A DNA stretch of 58,404 nt, filler included, from Sphacelaria rigidula (GCA_964200075.2; 9 parts of 9 records of this genome joined end to end with filler, not necessarily neighbours in it); one strand, 5' to 3'; counted from the first letter of the whole stretch, positions 1 to 13,057 are shown. Notes: generated by a model not told the origin, from the sequence alone. Program-made: numbers and translations.

Positions 1-2587
1 GTAGGGATGCGAGGTCAATGGTCTTATGACTATGGCATGCATGATCATGAGCGCACCCACCCTTGAGATCGACTTGATTCTTCAGAAATATGATTGCCAC
101 CGGTACTTTTCTCGTCGCTGATCGCCGCGCATCAATTGCTTATTCGTGCCGTAACACGAGACAATTTCTCGTGTCGGAGAAATGATATGGCATTGACGGT
201 ATTCCATTTTACGAAGTCGCCATGCGTGAATGTAGCATACTAAGAGCACACCCGCTGCTGCCGATCGTGGCATACGAGAGGACTGACAAGTACTCCGTGA
301 CGCAGTTCGAAATGCATAACCCCTACCGTCCACTCAGGCTCGCTGAGGAACGCCGCCTTGAATCTATCCAAAATTTGATTCTCGTTACCGCTTTCGTCTA
401 TAGTGAGAACCTTGAAGATGAATCGTTTTGAGGGAAGACTCGCGCAGACTGATCATGCCTCAAGAGAGTCACCCCTGATCTCTAAAGCGGTTTCAGTGCC
501 TCAAAGGTTGATGTCGACATTTCTTTTCGTTTTTTCCAGGAAATGCAAAACCTAATTCCTCCTTAACGCAGCACCCTAGCGTTACACTCATCACATTGAT
601 ATCAAAATATGCTGCAAAATGTCAGCACCTGGCCCATATGGTATTGCAGGTCGACTTCCGAGTATCGCTCCATCAGCCGCGTCTTGACGTCGATATATAG
701 TACTGGAGTACTACTTTCCATCTAAGCTCTTACCGCACGCAAATTTCCCGTACAAAACTAGACAAATATTCAGTCGCCAACGGGACGAAGTGGTAACAGA
801 TGTGCGGGGAGCAATCACACCTCTTTGATAGCGTCTGGAATGTACACCTTTGGTGCTCTCCAAACCTAGAAAAACTATCTCCGAGCGTTCTTACACCTGG
901 TTGGTCCTTCCTCGGACAAACTATGTACAGTATCGTCGATGCCCATGAACCAAAAGCCAATACTTGGTAACTGTTGCTAGAAGTACCCGTAACCTATCCG
1001 AGATAGTAGTTATCCCCTCAAAACCTCACCCTGTGTACTCGAAACACAAAACCTCATGAGCGCGGAACCATGGAATCGCAAGCTATATAACAGAAAACTC
1101 TCTGATCACTGCTCCTTTTCGCACGCCGGTATCGTACCACGTTTTGCAGATGTACCTTCCCCATTTTCGTCACGAATTCAAACTCACGCTCAACGTTTTG
1201 ACATCGTTTCCAGATCAACAAATGTCGGCAACACTTTCCATCACGAAACACCATCCACCCCCGCATTCTTCAATGTTCGTATCTCCTCTCCCCCCCAGCC
1301 CCGAGCCAACGTGCATTCAGAATAGAACCCACTTCTGTGATAACAGCAGCGTTGTATGGTTCCAAGCGAAGAGCGTAGCAAAGGTACCGTTGCTATTGAC
1401 AACACCCCGGTGAATTCCTGAACTAGTGGTCAAGTTGCTGTCCCTCGCTTGACATGTAGTTCGTTCGTTTAGATTTGACGGGTGATCTTGCACGTCCCGG
1501 AGAGACGTTGCATTCCGCTGCAACGTTCAGGGCGGACGAAAGACACAAAAAAAGGTTGAGCGATCAGCCGATGAAGTAATACATAACGGATGTTCGTTCG
1601 CTGGAGTTATTTGCATTCTAGACTTGAAACGGTGCCCAAAAATTCAATATATTACAGTATCACCCAATAAAGTGTGATAAATTTACTAACATAATTTATC
1701 GTGTCCGCCGACAATAGTGATAGGCCAGCGCGAGATAGACGATTTTTGGGCCACACGGGTTAATATTAGGACACATAGCTGGAACGACAAGCTAATTGTT
1801 CGAGGTCGGCTGAGAGTCGTCCTTGTAAGCCTGAAAGTAAACAGAGCCAACAACCGTGCCTTGCTGAAGTGATACAGTAGCTGGTCCAGCATAGGGAAAC
1901 GTAGACACAGTGTAACCAGAGGTACATCACGCTACGTCAATCAATTACCGATACCCCTGCGACAAGCACGCGACCTTGAAGCCGTCCTGCGGGACGTGTT
2001 CAGAACACACAACCGCATCGCTACGATATTCAACACACTTATTCCACAACGTGAGTGGCGTGAAGTCGACGTACACGAAAGCCCTCAAGTGAAATAGCGT
2101 GGTCATGGCATCTGTGCTGCAAACAGTTGATGCCTCACCTTCTTGGGACGATACAGCTGCGAGAGGAGTCGGCGACGACGCCGCCGGCGACGAAGAAGAA
2201 TCCTGAGACTCATCCTTTGTCGTCATCATCTTTCCCACCGGTTGAACTCCGCTGCCACCGTCACCGGCGGGTATGAGCGGCACGCTGCACTTCTTGCCGC
2301 CTACCCCCGGCGAACAGGTCGCTTTCCGCTGCTTTTGTCTTGTGTGGCAGTTTATCCCCTTTTTTGTCACCATCTTCTGAACTTTGATGACCGACGCCCG
2401 AAGAGTCTTAGTGTCCGAAGTGGTGATGTTCGCCATGCCATCTGCAGCAGGCTCATGGTGCTTTTCCTCATAATAATTGGGTATATCTTCTTTGGTTGAG
2501 CATGCTTTTTTATTCATTCCCCTGGGGGATTTCTTCGTGTCCCTGGCAGATGCCTTCTTCGTGGTGCCACGTTCACTTCAGTGCAAG

Positions 2588-2975
2588 ATGCAGTCAGCGG
2601 GCCGTGGAATATATGTGCACAAGTTTGATTCTCTTTCGGGCTTGGGTTCAGCAAAGGTATACCGTGGTGCCTTTTCGCCTCAAAAAGAACTATTGTTGTT
2701 CAAAATCGGAGAATCGGTGGAGTCCTCTGCAAATACTGCGTTTCCCGAAATTCTTCCGGCACAGCGATCTGGGATATGGGTTTCGCAATGCCCAGAAGAG
2801 TAATTGGCAAAAACATACTTGTGCCTCATAAGATCCATGTGCAAAATGCCAAATGCATGCTTCCATCAAACTCGTTCCATGGAGGAAATGATAGAATGCA
2901 CCACTGGGAGACTTGCTACGAAGAACACACTCTTGATCACACTCTGCGCTCTACCTCGGGAGATATGTGCTGAGT
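2588..2975 (+). pseudogene. Possible decayed GIY-YIG/T5orf172-like nuclease ORF
   Basis: MQSAGRGIYVHKF...LLLFKIGESVE resembles the GxxYV...FKIG motif pair; in-frame TAA at 2801-2803, then the frame continues. Judged by eye only. Confidence 0.25.
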
Positions 2976-4390
2976 AAGTTAATGGTGTGCTTGACACGAG
3001 ATAACCGTTCGTGTCTGATGTATCCGCTAATGGCGAGGACCGGGAAGCGAAAACACCAACTAGCCACATAGTTCCTCCGAAAATGCCAATAGTTCCTCCG
3101 AAAAGGCCAACAAGTTGATTGGCGCCGAGAGACTCGTCGGGTTTGCTCGTTGCTCTGTTTCTGAACGACAAATAAGCCCGTGAAGGATCGACTCTACCGG
3201 TCTCACGGTTTCTTGTGCTGGGTGTTTGGGTAGCTGTGCGCATTGACGGCGTGAGGTACTAGGTATAGCCTGCACCAACCTCCAAACCGGTGATATGACA
3301 ACCGCCCAGGAAAGGTATCGAATAACTACAAAGATCAAATCGGATGTACCCCGGCAAATTCGACCTAACTAAGGTAAGGTATATATTGATCGAGAAGGCC
3401 TCTTCTACGCGTGGATTGCTTGAACCTAGAACGTGAGTTTTCGCAATATAAGGCGCGGGTGCAACACGTATTCCCAACGAATATCTCGAACGAGTTCCAA
3501 GAGAGAACAGTGTTTGCGGCATGCCGTACCAGTCGCGCAATTCTGCTAACAAAGAGTACTACCTAGAGGACAAAAGGCACGAACGTAAACCATTTGCGGG
3601 CTGAACACCTCGTTTTTCTCGTAATACCTGCAATCTATCCCCTCCTCGGGACGAGCCCTTGGTGGCAATGGATCAGCCCCTTTTGCCTTGTACTTTGCTA
3701 CCGAGCATTGGATTAGCACTCTCGTAGGCCGTTGGCTTTCGACCTTGCTCTCACATTTTCGGACAACAAAACCCAAAATATCCAATACTATCCGAATCCG
3801 AGCCCGGAAAATCCGTTTGAACTGATGGTCACATACCGGCTTGACCACCGGGGCGCAGCATGTCGAAATAACTACAAGTCCTGTTTTGCTCACGGGCGAC
3901 ATGATGAGGAAGTGCAGGTCACCCAATCTGTGCTACCTTTACTCCAAGCAAACGCCTCCTTCTCCGATGTAAGTGGGGACTAAGAACAATATTTCCAGTT
4001 TTACATCACTGTGATCGGTGGGCACAATACAGGTTGGAAGAAGAGGTGGTGAGTACAAGATGGCATGAATCTTTTCCTCGCATGAGTCAGCGTGTGCTAT
4101 GATCTGAGAGGAATACTCCTGCGCCGTTTGCGAATATTATAAGGCCGTATATTACGGGCTGGATGGCCTAGTACTTACCGCCTGTTGATAAGCACAGTGT
4201 ATCTATCGTCAACGCGAGCATATTTCTTCATCGGTGCACCTGAAATTCGCGCTACTTAGAGAGAGTGCAGATATAGGACCGCATGCTCTCACCAATGTCC
4301 CAGGCAGTTCTAAATCAGAGGGTGAGTATGTTGAAACATGCTTGCTCATAAAAACTAGATGCTGGACATGTAGAACGTATTTACACATGT

Positions 4391-4630
4391 TTACCTGGCA
4401 TTCTCTTCCTCCATGGTCTTGATCAGACTGCGGGAAGTCTTTTTGATATATATCATGCCCGCCTTCTTGTGGGCGGTGCAGTAAACACGACGGCCGCCAT
4501 GAATCCCGAAATGAGGTTTAGCGCTGCACCTGGTGCCATTTACGTGCGGGTGGAACCAGAAACATCGTTCAAGGTTGACCGGAAATTCTGAATCTCGTCG
4601 GTATTGACGGAATGAGTGAATCAATTCCAT
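4391..4630 (-). CDS. Small (79 aa) intron-less protein with a single EsV-1-7 Cys-rich repeat
   Basis: ATG at 4630; C...RCSAKPHFGIHGGRRVYCTAHKKAGMIYIK matches the C-C-x3-P-x-F/Y-G...Y/F-C-x2-H-x3-G-M pattern of the array at 24417. Confidence 0.65.
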   Translation of the reverse strand: MELIHSFRQYRRDSEFPVNLERCFWFHPHVNGTRCSAKPHFGIHGGRRVYCTAHKKAGMIYIKKTSRSLIKTMEEENAR

Positions 4631-6197
4631 GTGTGTGGCCGAAAGCTGCAAGGAATCTTTATTTCACCAGGCGTCAATAATAACGACGCCGTATGCTCAT
4701 CGGGAGAAATAGCGAGGCTGGGTGGAAAGTGGTTTTACATGAGGTACAGACTCAGCTCTGGCAATCGGCACGCAGCGGTACACGTGAAAGCTGCGGTGAT
4801 GACTGCTCATCAATCACTTTTGTCGTTCTTCCACCCAACATCTGGACAGCATTAACACGACGGGAACGCAGGTCGGCAAACCCCCTGTACACGTTGATGA
4901 GGGAACAAACACGCAAGCAGTGTTCCCCACGGAGCATGCACAACACCGGACTGTCTGAGCTACCACGAAAAAAAACATAACACGCGATAGCATGATACAC
5001 GATCAACTGAGACACAGCTACAACGTCGGGAGAGGAAGATCCGCGCACAAACCCGGGGGGAATCTTCTGCCGCACGTGTACCTACTCGGATATAGCACAG
5101 ACAAAGTAATAGCTCTCCTATCACAACTGGATCTAGAGCAATGTGCCTCACGGAAGATGCTGCTGCCACACGTGCTCTTCAGCTGTGGTCACGTCATAAG
5201 TCTTCATAGTCTTCGTGCGCATTCTCGACGACAAGCATGCTATAGAACCACGGAAATTGGCCCGTGTCACAAAAAAAAATGCAAAGGAAGACCCCCTCCC
5301 CCCCGCCCCCCTCCACCGCGGAATAAATCTCTGCGGTGCTAGTTGTGTGGCAATCGCCATAACAGCATCGGGTATCACCCGAGCAAGGACCACTCCCGTT
5401 CCGAACTCCAAACATGATGAAAAGAGATGTCGGTGCCGAGATGCCACTACCACGAAGAGTAATGTCCTGCAACATACTGGAAGGTCGCCGTACGGGGACA
5501 GAGACGCTTTTGGCTCACCCGGGGTACAGGCAAGCTATGAACTCCAGGGTTTTCATGTCCTGTTTCCGGCGGTCGTTGCTCAGTAATGGTCGGTTCTTGG
5601 CTGCAAACACAGTTGCCAAACAAGACGTCAAACACAGAACGCGCGGAATGCGACGTGGGGGTCCTTTGAGAAGAAAGTCTACCGCCGATCTAGAGATTAC
5701 CTTCAAATAGGTTACTCATGGCGAACGTGTCAATTTGCTGCTTTTTTTTGCTTTGGTCAACAGCTGGTCAGGGCGGCAGTCCCAGAAGGCTGCGCCGGCT
5801 ACACTATATAGACGAAATGCTGAGACAGGCCGTGATCAATGCTTGTGAATTTGTGAAGCCCTGTATTATCAAGGCATTTACTGGGCGACCCATGATCCAC
5901 TCGTTTTCATGTTGTTTTAGTCACCAAAGGTTCCTAGTGCTGGAGGTGGTTGGTCACCACCTACACCCACTACATTGGTGTGAAACCCGGCCAACGAAAA
6001 ACTGGCGTACACCGACACGCGGCCGAACACAGCACCGACAAACTATGGCACTGGGCGGAGCACAGACGGTTAACCAGGAGCACTTAAAAATGGTGCCGCA
6101 ACACTCAGCGGTTTCCGTCTGGGCGTGACTACTACATTCACAACCGGGCGAGCTTTTCCCCAGAATATCCAAGGCATAGAGCACTGCTCAGACATTT

Positions 6198-6305
6198 GTG
6201 ATTTCCAGTGGTTTCGTTGGTACATGGTCCAGGAACCATGTACAGTCTGTGACGGTTTAAGAGACTACCAAAGTTAGTCGCTGGTTCGATTCCCGCCGGA
6301 CGCAC
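6198..6305 (+). mobile_element. tRNA-derived (SINE-like) head with Pol III A and B boxes
   Basis: A box TGGTTTCGTTGG, B box GGTTCGATTCC, and 3' acceptor-like CGGACGCA; the acceptor stem is degenerate and extra hairpins lie between the boxes. Confidence 0.45.
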
Positions 6306-6401
6306 TTTCTTTGCAGAAAAAAAGAGGAGAGAAAACCTCTGGGTAAAAAATTGACCCCAAGGAGAGAAAACCTTAGTAAAAAATTGGCCCAAAGAGAAAG
6401 G

Positions 6402-6501
6402 NNNNNNNNNNNNNNNNNNNNNNNNNNNNNNNNNNNNNNNNNNNNTTAATTAATTAANNNNNNNNNNNNNNNNNNNNNNNNNNNNNNNNNNNNNNNNNNN
6501 N
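6402..6501. other. Artificial contig linker N44-TTAATTAATTAA-N44 (also at 12903-13002, 19404-19503, 25905-26004, 32405-32504, 38905-39004, 45405-45504, 51905-52004)
   Basis: Eight identical 100-bp spacers carrying a six-frame stop 12-mer; the segments between them are 6401 (x4) then 6400 (x5) bp. Confidence 0.98.
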
Positions 6502-7311
6502 AAGCAACAAATGAGTACCCCCCACCCCCACCCCCACCCCCAAGCCAGCCCGTAACTGTCTCAAAGACAATGGCCATACAGCGCCTGATATTTTGTTTCA
6601 GGCTGCGTGAAGCGCTTCATATGGGCGACGTTGGCGAGAAACCCAAGCGTGGGAATTCCCAGCTGCTTGTTGTGCTCAGCTTTTTCATTTCGATTCACGT
6701 GCAGATGTTGCCTTCCCAAACCAGCTACTCTTTTTGTTTTTTTTTGGGGGGGGGCTATCGTAGAAAGTGTCCACTGATCTCGCATCCCTACGAATCCGGG
6801 ACGGACTACTATACCACGTTGTCATCGATTCAGGCTAAGCTCCACAGAATGATGGGAGCTTTAAGCATCGTTCACCCTTTCGTTGGTGTCCTCCTGATTT
6901 TGCAAATGCTCGCCAAATGCAAAATATTCAGCAGGCGTGACTATGCCCACGAGTTGAACTTGCATATTTTACCTGTGTGTCTACTTTGGAAATGGAGAAT
7001 ATCCATGGATGTGTGAGTATGTGAGCGTGTCTGTCCCACATTCGACCCTTCCATTTTCTCGAGACGAGTCCATGGTCTTGGGGAATGAACTAATCCAGGG
7101 TATTTTTGTATGGTTAGTTTCACAGCTTCTTCGATATGTTTCTCTCGCCAGACACTGATCAATAGAGCTCGGGATTGAAAACCCAGAACAGCTTGACGGG
7201 GACGGCGTCAAAATCTGTGCGTGCAACAAAGACCCTAGATGAAGCAGCTATTTTCTTTGGACCAACTTCCGCTATGTTTGAGTTGATATACCGCTATGTT
7301 GCTGTGCTAAG

Positions 7312-7988
7312 GTGGCGGTCGGGTCGAAGGAGTGGAGGGCGGCGCAGAGACAACTCCGTGTTCAGGTCGAAGATGAAGACGGTCGTCTAAATAGGCTGGA
7401 AAATGCCCCCGATGATAGCCTCATACGAAATTATTCCCCGGGTGGCGGGGCAGACAGCCGTCGACACCCATCTACAGGGAATTTGGGAGTTTCGGCGGGA
7501 CAGAGCGCGGGTGGTGCCGGCGAAAGTTGGTTGCGAGGAAGCGCGATGAAGGGCGGGCAGCAAGCGGCCACCAACGGCTTTGCGGCGATAAGTAGCACGA
7601 TAGTACGCTCGAAGAAGATGATCAAGTTGAATCTTTCATCCATCAGGGAGAAGGAAGGTATAAAGAAGAAAAAGAAGCGGTAGTATTTGCTAGCGCGTGG
7701 AAACAGAGATATTCGTTCCCAACCTGATATATGCGATCGATTTATACCCTCTGTCTCTCTCCGAATAAGGGTCCAAATCGTCGGAGTAGCGGAGCGCACA
7801 GAATATTCAAGGGTTTCTTTGACCAAGTCGAGCGGAGCGGGACGGTACAGATCTCTGGTCGATGCAGCATCTGTCGCCTGGCCACCTGTTCGACGTTATA
7901 ATGAGTCTTAGTCTGTATATTAAGAACAATTTTGACCCGGTGGAAGTAAAGCGAGTCCTAGTTTGTTGATTGATTGATTGATTGATTA
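7312..7988 (+). mobile_element. Probable 3' fragment of a non-LTR retrotransposon with a (GATT)n tail
   Basis: An ORF remnant ends at 7683, followed by about 280 nt of UTR-like sequence and TTGATTGATTGATTGATTGATT at 7966-7987. Confidence 0.35.
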
Positions 7989-8144
7989 TATCACATTAGC
8001 TGACTGCAACAACCCAGCCCGATGGTCAGGAGCAGCAAAAATAGAACAGAATAGTAAAAAAAATACAAAAAAATGGAACAGAAAAACGACAGTAGCAACG
8101 GCCCTAGAAAGGAAAGAAAAGGGGCAGCGATAACAACAAAAAAT

Positions 8145-8145
<1 letters not shown>

Positions 8146-8208
<63 letters not shown>
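8146..8208. repeat. (ACC)n(AAC)n microsatellite
   Basis: Read directly from the sequence. Confidence 0.95.
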
Positions 8209-11200
8209 TAACGTAGTATATCAAAAACAATTATGACGCGGTGAAAGCTTGCGGCACCGACGTTTTCATAACAAGAACGGGCATGAAAGTAAGCGCGCGG
8301 ACAGGAAACAAAAAGGCCTCAAGCTCTGGCATGTCCTCCCGCGCCTCTGAGGGAGGATACAGCGTTCGAGAATTCTAGCAAAACCGACAGAGGGGTGGGT
8401 GGTGAGGCCACACATATGCGTGGTGGTGTTCAGCGTCCAGTTTTTCGTGCTTTCAAGATCTTATGTTGATTGTACTCCGGGTTGTAGTGCACGGAGTCGT
8501 GTATAGGAACCTTGCTCCACCTGACGTGTCAGGGAAAATATTTACTATTGGTGTACACGGCGAGGCAGCATGTCCACGCAACAGAGATCGACAGGGGAGA
8601 CTCCGGTTATCACCTTCATCTCGAAACGTCCTTTAGGCCAATTCGAAATAATGGAACCAGGATCAATGGTTTCAGTTTCGCACATTCATGATGAACGTTC
8701 CTTGTATTTTTCTTGAAAAGTTGCACGACTTGTTTTCCATTGCGATACATCCTTCCGTTAACAGTAAATATATATTCTGAAAAATGAAAGCGAATTTTCG
8801 AATGAGGATGAACGAAGGTTGAACATTCTCGGAACAGTGGGAAACGGTATTCCTCAACGGCACCTTCAAGGGCATTTGCCCCCCCCGCCCCCGAAGGCGG
8901 AAGAGCTGAGGTTAGAGGTAAACGAGATATTTATATCTGCGCAGGGCACACCCCGTCATTTGTCTATTGCTTTGTTGCGAGGTAGACCGAACACGAGCGG
9001 ACATCACGGGACCGTGACGGGCACAAAGCTGAACGTTTAAGGGCCCAAAGCAGAGCAAACCGCGCCCCCGTGATATTTGTGAAGAACAGTGAAACAAGAA
9101 GAGCGTTTAACCCTTTGACCCCTGGAGTGGGCGATCTGGGTATGGAATACAGACCACTGTATCTGACCTTCTACGGCAGTTTCTCTTAACTTGGGTTTAC
9201 ATCGTTCTCCCCCCCTTCGCCGATTATTTTGTAACCTCGGCTTTCTTCTCAGCTCCAATCACACTCAAGTCGTTGCGCGATCACGATGCCAATTTGTTCA
9301 CGTTGGTGCCAATACGGTTCGGAACGGTTTTCGACGATGCCTCCTCTAAATCAAGGGCGAGTGTCAGTGGGGGCGTGTCAATGGCACCTAAGGTAAGGGT
9401 GGGACATGCGAGTGAGATGTCCCGGTGCCACTGGTATCATGCACGGTAATGTAGGCCATCCGCAGGTGCGTGTGGCAGAAAAAACAAGGGTCGTGCTAAA
9501 TTCATGGACGTCCACGGATTTAGTTACATCCATGGACGTCCATGGATGTGGTTGCATCCACGGGACGTAAATTTGGGTAACTGTCAGCGCACGCCCCATG
9601 AGCTCTGTATGGACACATGAACACCTGAAATACACTCGCACAGTCCGTGATCATCGTTCAAACCATCGCACGGCGCAAACAGTTCCCGGGCGGACGACAA
9701 CACGCTCAGTCTAGAAGCTGCCAAGAGATACCGCACGCCACCCATAGATATTCATATCATCTTTGCGTTCGTCCCATGAGCCTCTCGTATCGACACACCA
9801 ACATCTTTGATACGCTCGCTCAGCCTCTACCCATCGTTCAAGCCATGCACGGCCCAACGACTGCGTAGCGGACGAGACGCGTGCTTCGGCGGTCACCACG
9901 TCGTTGTTCTACACGGAGATTAGTATTCAGGGCGCGGCTCTTGACGACATTGTGCATACACGTGGTACGGAGCACAATCCACCTTCACAGCACGGAAACT
10001 TCGTACGGCTTGTATCGCGAGGGAATTCCATAAACATCCACGGCGGCGACACCATGGGGCACTTTACGGTAGATCCTGCTATAAAGTCACTGATGACCTC
10101 GGAGCCATATTGCTGTCACATTTTGCAGTAGCATGACACTGTCACTTCCTCATTTTTGGTCTGGGAATGTAAAGGCAACAGAAATCTCTCGCGCATGCTG
10201 CACCGACAACCCTTACTTGCAGTACCCAGTCGTCAGTTGGCCACGAGTTGATCGAGCTTTGGGTTTAGGGAGGAAGGGAGGGTCGAAATATTGCTACGAT
10301 GGGGGCTGACACAACGCCTGTCACTCGTACGAGTAGTGGTCACGCATACCCATTATGCATGCATGTCGGCACGGAGGACAATACACACAGGTAAACGATA
10401 GGCCCATTATATTGTGGACACTGTTTTTTTGGAGATCTCTGAAAATTTCAACGTTTCAAAATCCCGCAAAACTTTTCTCCGAAAATGAAGCGGCTTGATT
10501 TTTTCTCCGAAGCTTTACATTTGAGTAATGCCACGGTAGGGGTGCACAAAACACTTCTGAGGTTTGAACTTGTAGAAACCCTTTTATATCATCCATATAA
10601 AGACTCATGCACAATATGAGCGCACGCCACGATTAACGCCCCAATGGGCCATGGATGTCTCGAATAGGTTTTGGAACTGGAATTTCCTCACCCATATTTC
10701 GCAGGTGTACTCCTATTATTTGTAGGAGTCTCAAAAATAGAACGATGTGGGCACAAGTGTGCGACCCCGATCGTGGCATGACTCGTTTGGAGAAGTCTGA
10801 TCACTTCGGGCTGCGACACACTGCGCAACACTTCGCAGAGCTGCCCTGTGCACACGCTGTGGCCCTCGCAAGCGTGGGAAAGTAAGCAGGGACCTTGCTA
10901 TAACAGTGACATCCTGGGCCATGTCGGAGAGTGAAATGCGCCGTCGGTTTGCGGTGTTCATCTTCTTGGACGGTTCGTGCGCTCGAGCTGTTGGGGTCAA
11001 GTACGGCGGTTGCCGTTCGCAGGCATTCACATTTTCGAAGTGAAGAGTAGAAACAATCCAGTGGCGGCCTACTTGCCAGGTATGCGGCTACGACTGTACG
11101 CTATATCGCACCGTCTGCAACGCCAATGTAGCCGGACGTGTGATGGGTGTATCCTCGCATACAACTGACAGAAAGCAAGCATGCTGCAAATTTTGCACTG

Positions 11201-11464
11201 AGCTTTTGAGTGACCCCGGTAACATCAAAGATGTAGTAAGAGGGCGAGAGGCCTGAACGACTTTCAAAACACAACATTCGGCAGCCCGCGCAGATAAAGC
11301 AACAGAGTACAGCTTTGTGACGCACGTAGGTGCCCGTGGCAACAGGTCGCGTAGTTGTGACCGAGGGTGTACACTAACTTCTTTATAATAATGGAGTTGC
11401 GCGTCAGACGGCCCATTCACCCATCTTGTTCAGCATTTCTACAATTGGCATTTCTATTCGTTTG

Positions 11465-11523
11465 TGCTACTGCTACTGCTGCTGCTGCTGCTGCTGCTGC
11501 CGCCGCCGCCGCCGCTGCTGCTG
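11465..11523. repeat. (CTG)n(CCG)n microsatellite
   Basis: Read directly from the sequence. Confidence 0.9.
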
Positions 11524-13057
11524 CACTCCGGGAGGGCCGATCGAACACGCCCGTGCCTTTCCGACTGCTCCCCCGTTTTCACAGAGGAGTTGCGATAAAG
11601 ATGTTCAGCGCAGTTTCGAACGCCATACTCATGATCATGCATGCCACAGTCATAAGACCATTGACCTCGCATTCCTACAATGCCGGGACGGAGCATGCCG
11701 GGTTTTCACCGGACCAGGCCATACGCGGGCAGGCAACAACAGCATTTTTCATTTTGCCGCCAAAGGCGAGCCAACGACGAGATCAGCACTGTGTCCGCGA
11801 TGAGGCATCTAAGACTAGCGGCAGAATTCGATTATGATGGACCGTATGGAGCTCTCCAATATTTCAGGACATCTCAAAATAACATTTCTTCGATATTGAT
11901 AATGGGTCTTGTTAGAGCTAATTGCGCGGCCGTTAGGACTACACTTGGAAGTTTACTGCAGGCCCTAGGCTTTAGTGCTTTGCGGTAAATTGTCGTGTGT
12001 CTTCAAGATATACGTATGCGTCGCGCGGCTCATGGCTACTCGTACATCAGTAAGACGTTGCCGCCTCGGAATTTTTCAACATGAAAGTATAGCGGTAATC
12101 GTGCCATGAGTTATGCACGTGTGTGGTCATGCATTTTGGGAGTTTCGCACACGCAGCTGTTGTTGCTGTCTGCAGCTAAAAGAGGGCGGGGCGTACTTCG
12201 CGGGGTGTGTGCATGCTGTAGGCGGCGCGTGCGGGAGTGGTGTTTCGGCTTTTCGCGCCTGAGATATTTGGCGAAAACCTTTCCCCAATAGCCAGCTGAG
12301 CAACGGGCTAGCACCTCTGCCGACTCGTGAAGCTTGAAATCGTCGTATATCGCCCCTTGTGATGAATCGATACACTTGAATCAAAGAGGCGGAAACATCA
12401 CACATTCACCGCTGGGGATTTTGCAAGCCTTTTGCTGCGAGAATAACGATGCCCCCTTCTATTCTGATGAGGACCATAGGGAACTTGCTGTGGTTTGAAT
12501 TTCATGCAGTGACCATCCTGCCGTAAACAGATTTCCTACAGCTACGTAGTCAAAAGGTTAGAGGAGCAAACGACCACAACAGAGTGGCGGGGTGACTCCA
12601 GTGCTGTTGTGATGCGAACGAAACGGCGGTGCTCTCCGTATCTACTGCAATTCAATCTGTAGAGCTGGCGCGTATAAAGATTTGTTTCCGCATCTCAAGT
12701 ATGCCTTGCCCGTGTCGAAGAGTAAGGCGTGCAAAAATGGTGACGGCAGCGTATTGTGGCCCCAGCAAGGTTGACCAGGCGAGGGAGTCACCGCGTAGGC
12801 GATTTTTTTTTTCTCCACCTGCATGTCCTCTGTCCTCTGTAGCTACTGCTAGAGTATTGGATCGTGCCCGGGGTTTTGTAAGCTTTTTTGCTCTCTCTCC
12901 ATNNNNNNNNNNNNNNNNNNNNNNNNNNNNNNNNNNNNNNNNNNNNTTAATTAATTAANNNNNNNNNNNNNNNNNNNNNNNNNNNNNNNNNNNNNNNNNN
13001 NNCACACACACACACAGTACCAGAGATGCATATAGCGCGAGTTTTCACGGTTGGCCG

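Noticed and set aside
6446..6457. TTAATTAATTAA as a biological motif or piggyBac target
   Set aside because: It is identical in all eight N-gaps and is a six-frame stop linker
7991..8230. Poly-Leu membrane protein, and similar poly-Ala, poly-Asn and poly-Val ORFs at 11367, 42816 and 54230
   Set aside because: Translations of microsatellites or of the antisense strand of an acidic tract
9107..9125. piggyBac element from TTAACCCTTTG (and AAGGGTTAA at 37824)
   Set aside because: No matching opposite end in the same contig and no transposase
1..11678. An 11.7-kb element bounded by inverted repeats (1-51 and 11628-11678), Maverick-like
   Set aside because: The two repeats are on different, arbitrarily joined contigs; no polB, integrase or capsid gene is seen
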